A DNA stretch of 64,000 nucleotides from NCBI GenBank assembly GCA_951406725.2, contig OX597826.1:9176001-9240000 (forward strand). The letters run 5' to 3'. Shown here piece after piece: positions 26,177 to 37,199 of the stretch. The position numbers and the translations under genes are program-made. The notes under the pieces are model-generated. The model did not search any database. It had not been told where the DNA came from and saw only the letters and a list, made by a program, of their open reading frames with translations. The DNA comes from Octopus vulgaris. Its lineage: Eukaryota. Each line of letters starts with the position of its first letter. Position 1 is the first letter of the stretch.

Positions 26177-26257
26177 GGCTACATATGTTTCTTAGCTAGC
26201 AAAACCTCAGAAGTAGTAACTCAAATGAGGGGCACTCCGCTGTCTACTCATCATGCC
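26177..26257 (-). ncRNA. Decayed hammerhead motif in a short PLE-like fragment
   Basis: Minus strand: ggc-aUGAUGA-gtag...ctaa-GAAA-catatg-UA-gcc. Stem III is palindromic; C3 and position 11.1 are mutated. Confidence 0.45.
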
Positions 26258-26599
26258 AAAGATACCTTAGTCAGATGAAGGTTACATTGTCGACAAGGGG
26301 ATCCCAAGTTAATTCACAGAAGATTTGATTGAAAATAGATAGAAAACACAGAGTGAGAGAACAAAAGCGAAAAATAATATATGGAAGTGAGTAAATGTCT
26401 AAATTTGTTTAGGAAAAGAATAAGAGTATGAATAAAGAGAAGGGGAAGAGTATCACTGGCATGGGTGCCCTTTATGTGTCACCATCACTGACCACAGCTA
26501 CGATTCCACTTGGTTTGATGTGCTTTCTGAAGCACGCATAGAACAAGGCATTGAATGTATCAGTGTTTCAGTTGCTCTCTGAAGGAAGGTAATGTCAGT

Positions 26600-28100
26600 T
26601 TGGAAAGAATTGAATAGCTTAATAAGGTAATAAGGGAGATCTAAGAAACTGTTGCCTCATTTGTCTCTTGCCTCTTCAAGCTATTTACAAAGGATATAGT
26701 CACAGTACTTTTTAAATATCTCAAAGAACAGCAGCCGAAGAAGCAAGCAGGTTTCTGTAAGAACTGCAGTTTGATGAATCAGGTGTTTATTCCAACACAG
26801 CTTAGAGAACAAGTAATGAAATAAAAGCTACCTCAGCATGGCTTTCATCAACTATGAAAAGGCTTTTGATAGCATCAAAATTCTTGAAATCACAGAAAAT
26901 ACAAGGAGTTGAAGCGCAATACACAATACTACCCAGAGATGCTAACTTTGGATACAACACTGATGTAGCTCAATTATTGCCACCAGTAAATGTCCATATT
27001 AAGATAAGTGTCCAAAGAGACACTGTCTCTCTAAAGCCCTTCACTTCATGTCTAGAAATGGCCATGGGAGACACTGACCTGACCAGTTGCATGAACATCA
27101 ATGCTGAGCTTCTAACTTACCCTTGATTAGCAGATAACATTGAACTCATTGCTGAAACTATAGGACCATACTGATAGCTTAGCATTAGGCCTTAAAATGA
27201 ACTGCATGAAAACAAAATACATACAGACTGAAGATATAGCACAAGGTTGTAACACAATAGAGCTGCAGGTGTGGCTGTGTGGTAGGAAGCTTGCTTCCTG
27301 ACCACATGGTTCTGGGCTCAGTCCCACTGTGTGGCACCTTGGGCAAGTGTCTTTTACTGTAGCCTCAGGCCAACCAAAGCCTTGAAAGTGGATTTGATAG
27401 ATGGAAAATGAAAGAAGCTCATCCTATATCTATGTGTGTGTGTATTCGTCCTCCCACCACTGCTTGACAACTGGTGTTGGTGTGTTTATATCCCTGTAAC
27501 TTAGCAGTTCAGCAAAATAGGCCAATAGAATAAGTATTAGGCTTAAAAAAAAAGTCCTGGGATCAATTTGTTTGACTAAAATTCTTCAAGGTGGTGCCCC
27601 AGCATGACCACAGTCAAAAATGACTAAAGCAAGTAAAAAGTAAAGGGTGAAAGAGTTGGAAAGTGATGAAAATGATAAGAAACAATATAAAGCAGTACAT
27701 CTACTTGGAACACACTGTGAATATCCACTGAAATATGGATGCTGAAATCTTGAGAAGAGTAAAGTGAGGATAGAAGGCATTTACTGCAATACACGATGTG
27801 CTCAAAGCGAAACTATAAAAGACCCTATGTACCAGTGTCTTTAATAGCACCATCCTATTTGCATTTTCACCCACAAGTGAGAAGTGGGCCACTGCAAAGA
27901 AAGGACAACATCAGTTGACTACGATGGAAAGATCCATACTTAATATCACTACAAGTGCATATCTGAAATGAGGTAATGCAAGAATGGGGCATAGTGAACA
28001 ACATGATTGCAGACTGCTAAAAGCAGTTGGGTTGGACAAGATGAAAGGTTCACAGACAACAGATGGCCCCAAGAAAGATGAACCTAAAACCATACCAATT
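26600..28100 (+). mobile_element. RTE-clade LINE reverse-transcriptase region, degenerate, interrupted by SINE A (27260-27645)
   Basis: Frameshifted motifs EQQPKKQAGF, AFINYEKAFDS, V.QRDTVSLKPFTSCLE, LADNI.LIA (FADD-like), GLKMNCMKTKY, V.LLG, FNSTIL. Confidence 0.85.
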
Positions 28101-28289
28101 TCATTTTGAAAGAAACTGGTCCAGGTTTCAAAGGTAAATATTTGATGAGAAAATGGTAGGAGAAAGAGAAATGCAGGCACTACAATATCAACAGTGTCAG
28201 AACAACAACAGTGAAAAGTAAGTAACAAATTATCTCATGGAAACTAATGACAATTTAGAGACATCAGATATTAAATGAAAAATAATAAC

Positions 28290-28800
28290 AATCAATGAAT
28301 ATATAAAACAAGTATGTGAACAACAACATGATTGAAAAATACAGGAAACATCCAATGAAAGAGTAACAAACAAATAGATATAATTACACTAGCAAAGAAC
28401 ACAGCTATAAAAAAAACATGATACAATTATGCAATCAAGTTAAAATAGTTGAGTTTAAATCATACAGCTTCTGAATTGCCAAATTTGAAAATGATTTACT
28501 GATAATTTCAACAAAAGCAAATATAAAAAAATATGAGATTGTTGAAAACGATATATAAACAACTCGGAAGGAAATTAATAAAAGACTTTTTAAAAATCAT
28601 TTAAACCCTAAGACTTATATAAAAGGAATGGAAAATGGAACAACGACAACCGTAGAAAATGCATCGATGAAACAACATCAAAACAAACTTAAAAGCAATC
28701 AATGAAAATGGTTGCCATAGATGAAGACATTGATCAGCTTCAAAGTATTTAGAACCAGCCTTGAATGCTGGAAGAAGTCCAGTGATCATTCGATAATGGA
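28290..28800 (+). mobile_element. Very degenerate non-LTR retrotransposon fragment (possibly R4/Dong-like post-RT region)
   Basis: Only faint patches such as KYRKHP.K are readable. The call is inference. Confidence 0.25.
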
Positions 28801-29820
28801 TGAGACCTCAAAAAATGTGTAGAGCGTATAGACAGGCAGTTTTGATAGATGTGCATAGAAGACCAAAAGCTTTACTGATGACAAGAGTAACAAAATTCCT
28901 TTGAGCAAATTTCTTCAAGGCAAGATCCCACTAATGGGTGACTTAAAGGAGTAGATCCCAAGTGGATCTGGTTTATGCAAACTGTATCTTTTGTTGTTAA
29001 GGGATGAAAAAGAGACAGAGAAAGCAAAATTCAAGCTGTTGGGGAACATTGGTAATAGGCAATCTCTATGAGGTCAATGATATTGAAACTGAGTGCAATA
29101 GGGAAATTTTTTGATAGTCGGAGAGATTGCCTTTCTTGGGAATAAGACACAGACACATTATAGGTTTTCCAATTATCAGAGTTCATGCTTGTACAAATGA
29201 AAAGATTGAAGAATCTTAATGAAAAAATGGGCTAATAGTCGATGGCAATGCTTATGGTTACTGGAAACAAATTTGAAGTATATGTGTAAGCTTAGTGGTG
29301 GAGCTGCAAGTTAGAAAAGGGAATAGATTGGAAAAAGATTTGTCAAGTGTTTACCATGGGGACATAGCTACAAATTGGGAAGCAACAAATATGAAGGCTA
29401 TCTTTGCAGGCGATTGCTTACAGAACTCATCATTGTCATATATATATATGCATGCAATTATATACACACAGGCATGCACACACAGGTACACAAACATGTT
29501 CTCTGTTACATAATGCATTAAAGTGCTCCCTGATGATCCCTCATGGATAAGCATCCAGTTGCAGTGGAGTTTTCCAAGGCAGTGTTCCAAGTAACCACAA
29601 TTAAGAAATGTATGTAGGAGCAAATGACATAAACTTGTGTTTATCATAATTTCTTATATATACAGAGAGAGAGAGAGATTGTGTGTGTGTGTCAACAGGT
29701 GAGATCCTGGGATGCTCAATATAGAAAACATGGTAGTGCTCAAATGATTTGAACTTACACTCTGATATCGTTATCAAGGGCTAAGTTCATGGGGTAAAGA
29801 GTGGCTATAAGATGTATATA

Positions 29821-30820
29821 TTGGGTCATCCCATAAATAATGCAGTTTTTTCAACTACCTGAACTAAAAGTTGGAGAGGGATGGGATAAACTATCTGCAT
29901 CAACTTGCTATCAAAGCAGGTAATTTTACCTTGTACTTATTCTTAGTGGAAGTTTTGAAGAGTGCAGTTCAATTTTCAGTTATTTTTTCAAATCTATAAT
30001 GGAAGTTACAAAGGAACATATCCGGCATATTTTGCTTTATGAATTCAATAAAAGCAACAGCGCAATGGAAAGTGCGAGAAATATTAAAGCAGTATATGGA
30101 TATAGGACAATAAGCATAAGCCAGTATTAATGGTGGTTCTAGAAATTCTGAGCTGGAAACTACAGCCTAGAAGATGAACCTCAACCTGGATGATCTGTAG
30201 AGCTTGACGAGGATGTCCTGCAAACCCTGGTGGAACAAAATCCCATTGTAACTGTTGAGGAACTAGCAGAGAAGCTTGGATTTGGTCATTCAACCATTCA
30301 TTGGCATCTGCGCGCCATCAAAAAAGTCTGCAAATTGGGTCAGTAGGTTCCTCACAAACTTTTCAAGTTTAATCGCATGCAGAGTTGAAGGTGTGCCCTT
30401 CATTGCTGTCACATCTCATGAATGAACCTTTTTTGGGCCAAATGGTGAGAAATGGGTTCTCTATAACAATGTCAGGTACAGAAGCCAGTGGGTAGGGAAA
30501 GGAGAAACACTGGCACCCCAGGTTAAAGAAGGTCTTCACCTACTTAAGATGTTGTTATTTATTTGGTGGGATGTGAAAGGTTTAGTTCACTTTGAACTTT
30601 TAAACTCAAACCAAACGATAACAAAGGAGATCTACTGTGAGCAGCTTGAGCAGCTTAAGTCAGTGCTAGAAGGAAAATGACCATCTTTGGTTTCAAGACA
30701 AAAAGTTTTCTTCCATCAGGATAATGCTCGGCCACATACAGCAAGGGTGACATTCCAAAGGCTGAAGCAGTTTGAATGGGAAACAATGTGCCACCCACCA
30801 TATTCGCTGGACATTACCCC

Positions 30821-30823
<3 letters not shown>
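29821..30823 (+). mobile_element. mariner transposon remnant, transposase pseudogene, 3' truncated
   Basis: TA then ttgggtcatcccataaataatgc TIR. ATG at 29999 gives MEVTKEHIRHILLYEF; further motifs are TVEELAEKLG, (W)VPHKL, IWWDVKGLVHFELL, HQDNARPH and HPPYSLDITP. Multiple stops. Confidence 0.95.
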
Positions 30824-30855
<32 letters not shown>

Positions 30856-30907
30856 GTAAAAATGCTAGTTCTAAAATCTCTCTGAGAGCAACACAGTAGT
30901 TGTACTA

Positions 30908-31108
30908 ACAAGTAATGTTTGTAGCCACTTCAACATGCTGTATGTTTGAATGAACTTTACTGCAATTTTTTAATCCCAAGAGGTCATCTTCTCTAGCTGG
31001 TTAACGATGCATAGCTACATTCGAGATATTGTCAGCAGGCGATAAAAATCACAGTAAAGTCTGTTTGAACAGCCAGCCATGTTGAAGTAGCTACAAATAT
31101 TACTTATA
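30908..31108. mobile_element. ~200-bp MITE with ~60-bp terminal inverted repeats
   Basis: aagtaatgtttgtagccacttcaacatg... vs ...catgttgaagtagctacaaatattactt. Confidence 0.8.
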
Positions 31109-31124
31109 TACATATATATATAAT

Positions 31125-31810
31125 TAATAACAGCAGAAGCAATATGAGTACTAAAAGGTAATCTTTATCTCTAAATCAACATGGAGGTTGTGTTAGAACA
31201 CAGAATATTGTGTTATCTAACTTGAAAGGACCTCTCACATGGAGTTGTAGGGCATAAAAACACTCTTGCAGCCACTGGAATTGCCAGATCACATGATTTC
31301 GCTCTGTTTGAGCTCATCAGTGACAGACACTCGGTTGCATCATAACAGCTGAATCTCATCAACGGTATATAGAATACATTCCTACTGTGTCTGTCGCTGT
31401 TGATAATTTTTTAATAAGCCCACTGGCTATTGGTGACATGAATGCCTGAATCAACAGTGAGTTTGTTGTAGGAAAGGAATATGCTGAACAGTGATAAATA
31501 TTCTTTTTGATTGAATGAATTTAAATATATTTCACAAAGAAAATATCCAACGGGCTGTTAAAATATTAAAAGGTGAATATCCTTCTACTTTCCTGCATCC
31601 AGGCAATTATTGAGAGATTGTTAACCTAGCTTTATATCTCCTTGTTTCTATTCATTTATTTCTTTGACTAAGACACGACCATCTCATAAAATAACTTAAT
31701 ACAAAGTAAAGAATATTCAGCAACAAACTCAGAAGAATTATTTCACCAATATCAATAATGACATGTTTAACATAACTATCAATTTATAATTCTTACCTTC
31801 TTGTCATGTT
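31125..31810 (-). mobile_element. Probable Penelope-like remnant
   Basis: Contains a clean minimal hammerhead. Only faint endonuclease-like coding traces at ~31500-31650. Confidence 0.4.
31282..31325 (-). ncRNA. Minimal type I hammerhead ribozyme (dimer-type stem III)
   Basis: Minus strand: UGUCA-CUGAUGA-GCUC-aaaca-GAGC-GAAA-UCAUGUGA-UC-UGGCA. All core residues are intact, triplet AUC. Confidence 0.85.
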
Positions 31811-31891
31811 TTCACTGTGCTTTTTTAACAATTCAGACATAACATGATCCGGAATAAAACTTTTTCTCCAAAATTTCAACAATTTTGGTAT

Positions 31892-32286
31892 ACTTTTTTA
31901 CTTGTTTCAGTCATTTGACTGCGGCCATGTTGGAGCACCGCCTTTAGTCGAGCAAATCGACCCCGGGACTTATTCTTTGTAAGCCCAGTACATATTCTAT
32001 CGGTCTCTTTTTGCCGAACCGCTAAGTGACGGGGACGTAAACACACCAGCATCGGTTGTCAAGCAATGCTAGGGGGACAAACACAGACACACACACATAC
32101 ATACATATATATATACATATATATGACAGGCTTCTTTCAGTTTCCGTCTACCAAATCCACTCACAAGGCATTGGTCAGCCCGAGGCTATAGCAGAAGACA
32201 CTTGCCCAAGATGCCACGCAGTGGGACTGAACCCGGAACCATGTGGTCGGTTAGCAAGCTACTTACCACACAGTCACTCCTGCGCC
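31892..32286 (-). mobile_element. Young SINE family A with a 71-bp flanking direct repeat
   Basis: Full-length, CpG-rich copy. 31821-31891 and 32287-32357 are identical except for 2 C/T changes. Confidence 0.93.
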
Positions 32287-32552
32287 TTTTTTAACAATTC
32301 AGACATAACATGATCTGGAATAAAACTTTTTCTCCAAAATTTCAATAATTTTGGTATGTCAAACTCCTGCATAAAAATATACAAATAGCCTAAGCATGGT
32401 CAACAAATATGGGCAGGGTAGTCAGGAGTAGAAATTAAACTTCCTGGCTCCTGAAATTATTATGACTGATTACAAATCGATAGATGCTCCACAACTTTAC
32501 ACATCAAAGAGAATAAAAATTCTCTCACTGAATTCTTTAACTTGTTATTTTT

Positions 32553-32745
32553 TATTCTTTTATTTGTTTCAGTCATTTGACTGCAGCCATGCTGGAGCAC
32601 TGCCATTAGTTGAGCAAATCGACCCCAGGTCTTATTCTTTGTAAGCCTAGTACTTATTCTATTAGTCTCTCTTGCCGAACTGCTAAGTGACGGGGACGTA
32701 AACACACCAGCATCGGTTGTCAAGCAATGTTGGGGGGGACAGACT

Positions 32746-32776
<31 letters not shown>

Positions 32777-32937
32777 GACAGGCTTCTTTCAGTTTCTGTC
32801 TACAAATTCACTCACAAGGCTTTGGTCGACCTGAGGCTATAGTAGAAGACACTTGCCCAAGGTGCCACATAGTGGTTCTTAACCCAGAACCATGTGGTTG
32901 GGAAGCAAGCTACTTACCACACAGCCACTCCTGTGCC
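32553..32937 (-). mobile_element. SINE family A
   Basis: Full reverse complement match. Confidence 0.9.
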
Positions 32938-33273
32938 TAATCTCATAATAAGAGGAAATCCAGTTAACCTCAAAATATCATCACTCACATTGTAAAATAC
33001 ACCAAAGGGAATCATCTACCACATCTACCTGTCTTCTTCATGTAATACTTAAAGAGGCTAATGAAACCTTCACTGGAGGAGAAATGCCTGTATCTTTACA
33101 TTCTAACTTTACCTAACACACAATTTCCTAGCAGCAGTCAGAAGAAAACTCTGCAACCATTCTTGATAAAAAGAACAAAAAGCAGTGAACCAACTGATTG
33201 TTACAATAAATCCAGTCCAGCTGATAGTGAGATTTGTACTACATGTTATAGCATCTGTATGACACACGCTCAC

Positions 33274-33347
33274 ATGGTGGCAATAGTCTGACCCCGAGTG
33301 AATGCGTGTAGGATGGTTCTGTGTTGCGCTTCACATTTCTCGAACAT
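33274..33347 (-). CDS. Candidate first coding exon of an unidentified gene (MFEKCEAQHRTILHAFTRGQTIAT, phase-2 donor)
   Basis: Unique, CpG-retaining sequence with GAA-ATG context, an in-frame upstream TAA and donor CAT|GTGAGC. No homology recognised. Confidence 0.35.
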
Positions 33348-33484
33348 TTCCAGTATTTTTTACTTCTCTCTTAGAAAGCTTCATTTCACATGAGGAAATT
33401 TATATTACAAAAACAAAATAAAGAAAATGCTTTGAGAACTTTATCATGGATAAAAGAAAGTATTTACATTTTTATCAAAATACA

Positions 33485-33545
33485 CTACTAGTTTTGATTG
33501 CTTTAAATGCTAATTTAAAGCAATTAAAGCAATCAAAACTAGTAG
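33485..33545. repeat. Hairpin with a perfect 22-bp stem
   Basis: ctactagttttgattgctttaa (33485-506) / ttaaagcaatcaaaactagtag (33524-545). Confidence 0.9.
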
Positions 33546-34059
33546 AACCAGAAACTTTAGTTGCTTCTTATCTGCACATTTGTCTATATGTGCACTGAGT
33601 CCTGTTTGCTTGTAGTGCTGTATTTTAATTTGTGATCAATGCATAGTCATGCATTGACTTAAAGACCTCATGATTTGTCCTATGTAGTTATTTCTACATG
33701 CTGAACACTTTATAAAGTTTTCAGAATACAGGTGATGTTATTTTATCTTATTGTGAATGTACTTGCACACACACACATGCACAGAGAAAAAGAGATAGAT
33801 GTCTTCAAAGCAATAACTAAAATAGAATTGACATCTGAATTGTCATTATTTTCAAACAGTTGGGTAGTAACTGACCATAAAAATACAATACAAACCATCT
33901 CAGAAAAAATACCCTTCTTTCTCTTTCTTTCCTGTCCTTTTTGTGTTCTTGTCTTTCTTTCTTTTCTTTTCTACCTTCTTTTCTCCCTCTAACCAAGCCT
34001 CCCAAAATTCACCACACACGCATATTTGCATAGACATGCTTGTACACACACATGCACAC

Positions 34060-34098
<39 letters not shown>

Positions 34099-34214
34099 TG
34101 TGATCACGTGACCAACCAGACGATCAGATGTTGTTATACATCGCTGGTCACAATGCACTTCACATTGTTTTACCCTTCAAATAATGCTACCCCACTGGCC
34201 AAGCGAGCAGGCCA

Positions 34215-34278
<64 letters not shown>

Positions 34279-35382
34279 CCACACAAACACACATAATGAT
34301 AACAAAAGAACATTCTCTTTCAGGTTTATATAAAAGGCATAAATTTTCTGTAAAAGTTAATTTTGGAAACATACAAGATGAAAGTGCTCATAATCAATTA
34401 TCCAAAATTCTGACTACCTCCTTTTTTTCTTAATATATATATATATATTGAAAATGATATTACTCTTTTATTCTGTAACTTCTTCAGTGAAGAAGCTGGG
34501 GCACTAATATCTATTTCCTTTTTTTTTTTTTACAAGTAAAGTATTCAAGACCACATCCTACATATGATTACAACAACTGCAAATGCACTTCCCTACTGCT
34601 CAGCTCAACAAACATAAGCTCCTCTATTCCAACAGCACAACCACCACCACCACCAACAACATCACCACTAGACACACTATATTGCTGTTATTAACACACA
34701 CTCAAACCAACCAGATAATTTAAACATTACACATCCTTGTTTCTACTCACGGTATACCGTGTAAGTTAACTGTTAATTCCATCATGTAAAGTTTGTTACT
34801 TGATACTTATACAAGGTGGGGGCCACCTTAAATGACCATAGCATTCATCTACTCTTAGCTCATCTGTTTCCTGCTTTCTCTCTGTGTACACTTTTCTCCG
34901 ATGTTTCTTAATATATTTAGTTCTTAATAAAACCAAATACTGCTGCATTTTATATATCTTTGTGAATTAGTAATAAAAAAAAAAAAGGACATTTCACAAC
35001 ATTTCTCATAATTATTAAATTTACGTCTTCATTTATTCGCTTGTTCATTATTTGAGATGTCACAATAACAAAAGGCAGCTGCCATATGTTCCTATGCACG
35101 TATCAAGAAATATCGATTTCTCAAAATGACCCCAATACCCGATGATGTTGCTTAGACTGAGCCAAGTAAACATTTTATCAACAGCATTCCATCTATGAAC
35201 ATCCTGGTTTATTGATATTTATAACATCTAAAAGAAGTGGCTTCTTTATTCACCTTCGGTGATGTGTATACATATCTCTGTGTGTATATGATTATATATA
35301 TGTGTGTGGGGGGAGTATCACAAATGCTTAACACACAGAAGGTTGTAAGTTCGAAACTTGTAGGAACCTATTTTCTTTTATG

Positions 35383-36030
35383 AGTGCAGGCATGGCTGTG
35401 TGGTATGAAGCTTGCTTCCCAACCACATGGTGCTGGGTTCAGTCCCACTGCATGGCACCTTGGGCAAGTATCTTCTACTATAGCCTTGGGCCAACCAAAG
35501 CTTTGTGAATGAATTTGGTAGATGGAAACTGAAAGAATGTCTTGAAATAATGGTTTGTAAGTGGTTATTGAATCAAACTGGCACTGAAGATAGTTTGTGT
35601 CTAAATTAATAAACAAGTCTACATCGTACAACGCAAAGTAGATAAATGAAAAACTTTAAATTGAAGGATATTAAAGTAAAGACCCTGAAGAAACTGCACC
35701 GGTATTATAGTAGGCTGGTAATTATAATGTTTACTAATTGATGCAGCTGAAACGAGTAGGTCTATATAAAGCTGTATATATAAAAGAATTAAAGACAATG
35801 CGATGCTACTTTGTAATAATCCTTATTATTATTGATATATATGTGTGTGTGTGTGTATTTGTCTCTCCTTCTACTGCTTGACAACCAGTGTTGGTGGTTT
35901 GGCAAAAGAGACTTACAGAGTACACACTAGTCTTAAAAATAAGTCCTGGGGTTGATATATTTGACTAAAAGTTCTTCAAGGCAGTACCCCAACATGACCA
36001 CTGTCTAATAACTGAAACAATAGATAAAAG
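35383..36030 (+). mobile_element. SINE family A split by a ~290-bp insert (about 35538-35830)
   Basis: The head ends at gaaactgaaagaa (35537) and the body resumes after the TA/TG tract at ~35835. Confidence 0.8.
35680..35763 (+). ncRNA. Type I hammerhead motif with long loop II and minimal stem III
   Basis: AGACC-CUGAAGA-a(a)CUGCA...UGCAG(c)u-GAAA-CGAG-UA-GGUCU. Confidence 0.65.
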
Positions 36031-36064
36031 ATGCATATATATATATAGATGCATATATATATAT

Positions 36065-36663
36065 ATAAGACTCAGCAAACCAAGTGAGACCTATGCCAGT
36101 GGTGTAACCAGCCCACTTATGTGTACCTTTCCTTCATTGGACACTAAACTCTGCTTGTGAAGACCTGGTGAGGCAAGTGCAAAATCGAAATCAAATTCGA
36201 TGATTGGCATCCGTGCTAGTGGAGCTCTAAGAGTATCATCCGAGTGTGATCGTTGCCAGAGCAACAAACTGGCTTTTGTGCCGGTGGCACGTAAAAAGCA
36301 CCATTCGAGTGTGATCGTTACTTGTGTTGCTTTACTGGCACTTGTGCTGGTGGCACATGAAAAAACATTTCAGCGAGGTCGTTGCCAGTGCCGCTGGACT
36401 GGCTCCTGTGTAGGTGGCACATAAAAAGCACCATTTGAGCGTGGGCGTTGCCAGTACCGCCTGACTGGCCCTCGTGCCAGTGGCATGTAAAAGCACCCAC
36501 TACACTCTCGGAGTGGTTGGTGTTAGGAAGGGCATCCAGCTGTAGAAACTCTGCCAGATCAAATTGGAGCCTGGTGCAGCCATCTGGTTCACCAGTCCCC
36601 AATCAAACCGTCCAACCCATGTCAGCATGGAAAGCGGACATAAAACGATGATGATGATGATGA
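36065..36663 (+). mobile_element. RTE LINE 3' UTR with ~64-bp internal tandem units
   Basis: About four units cgttgccag...actggc..gtgccggtggcacgtaaaaagcacc, then the conserved end and (GAT)n. Confidence 0.85.
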
Positions 36664-37199
36664 TATATATATTTACACATTGTTTTATATATATATATAA
36701 CAGAGTGACAAAGAATAAATTTGAAATGCTACCTCACCAATATCTTGGAATTAAAAGAAACTGTTATTCTTGATTTGCTTATATTTGTTTGAAAAGTTTA
36801 ACATAAAATCATTCACAATTAAGTGAATTAAGTGCCACAGAGAATGGAACTAACCAAATAACGTCAGCTTTGAATGATGGAGAAGTTTCATATCCTAATG
36901 AAAACTTCCGGCAATCTAAATTCAAAAACAGAGATCCATGTCTAAATCCTGCCTCTAGAAAGAGTTTTATCTAACAAATTATATGTAACATGTAACACCA
37001 GACTGACCAATTAGGTGTAGACATCAAGAGCAATGAAGAAGACTAAGGCACAAATGGATATTTGTTGCATATTGTCTTGGAAACTAACAGTATTGAAATA
37101 ACGTCTTCGTTGATATGAGATATGAATGTCATATAGAATGACACTTAAAGTAATGGAAAATGTAGTCAAGTCAGATGTCATTATAATCATATTTACTCT

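Noticed and set aside
29525-29572. CUGAUGA-ucc..gga hammerhead-like start
   Set aside because: No GAAA box (taagc instead) and a weak stem III.
34470-34495. Minus-strand CUGAAGA with a partial stem
   Set aside because: Truncated; no GAAA or stem III.
35140-35165. C/D-box-like gatgatg...ctga
   Set aside because: Box C is imperfect and the span is far too short for a snoRNA.
36230-36500. CRISPR-like palindromic repeats with spacers
   Set aside because: The spacers are homologous to one another, the array lies in a LINE 3' UTR, there are no cas genes and the context is eukaryotic.
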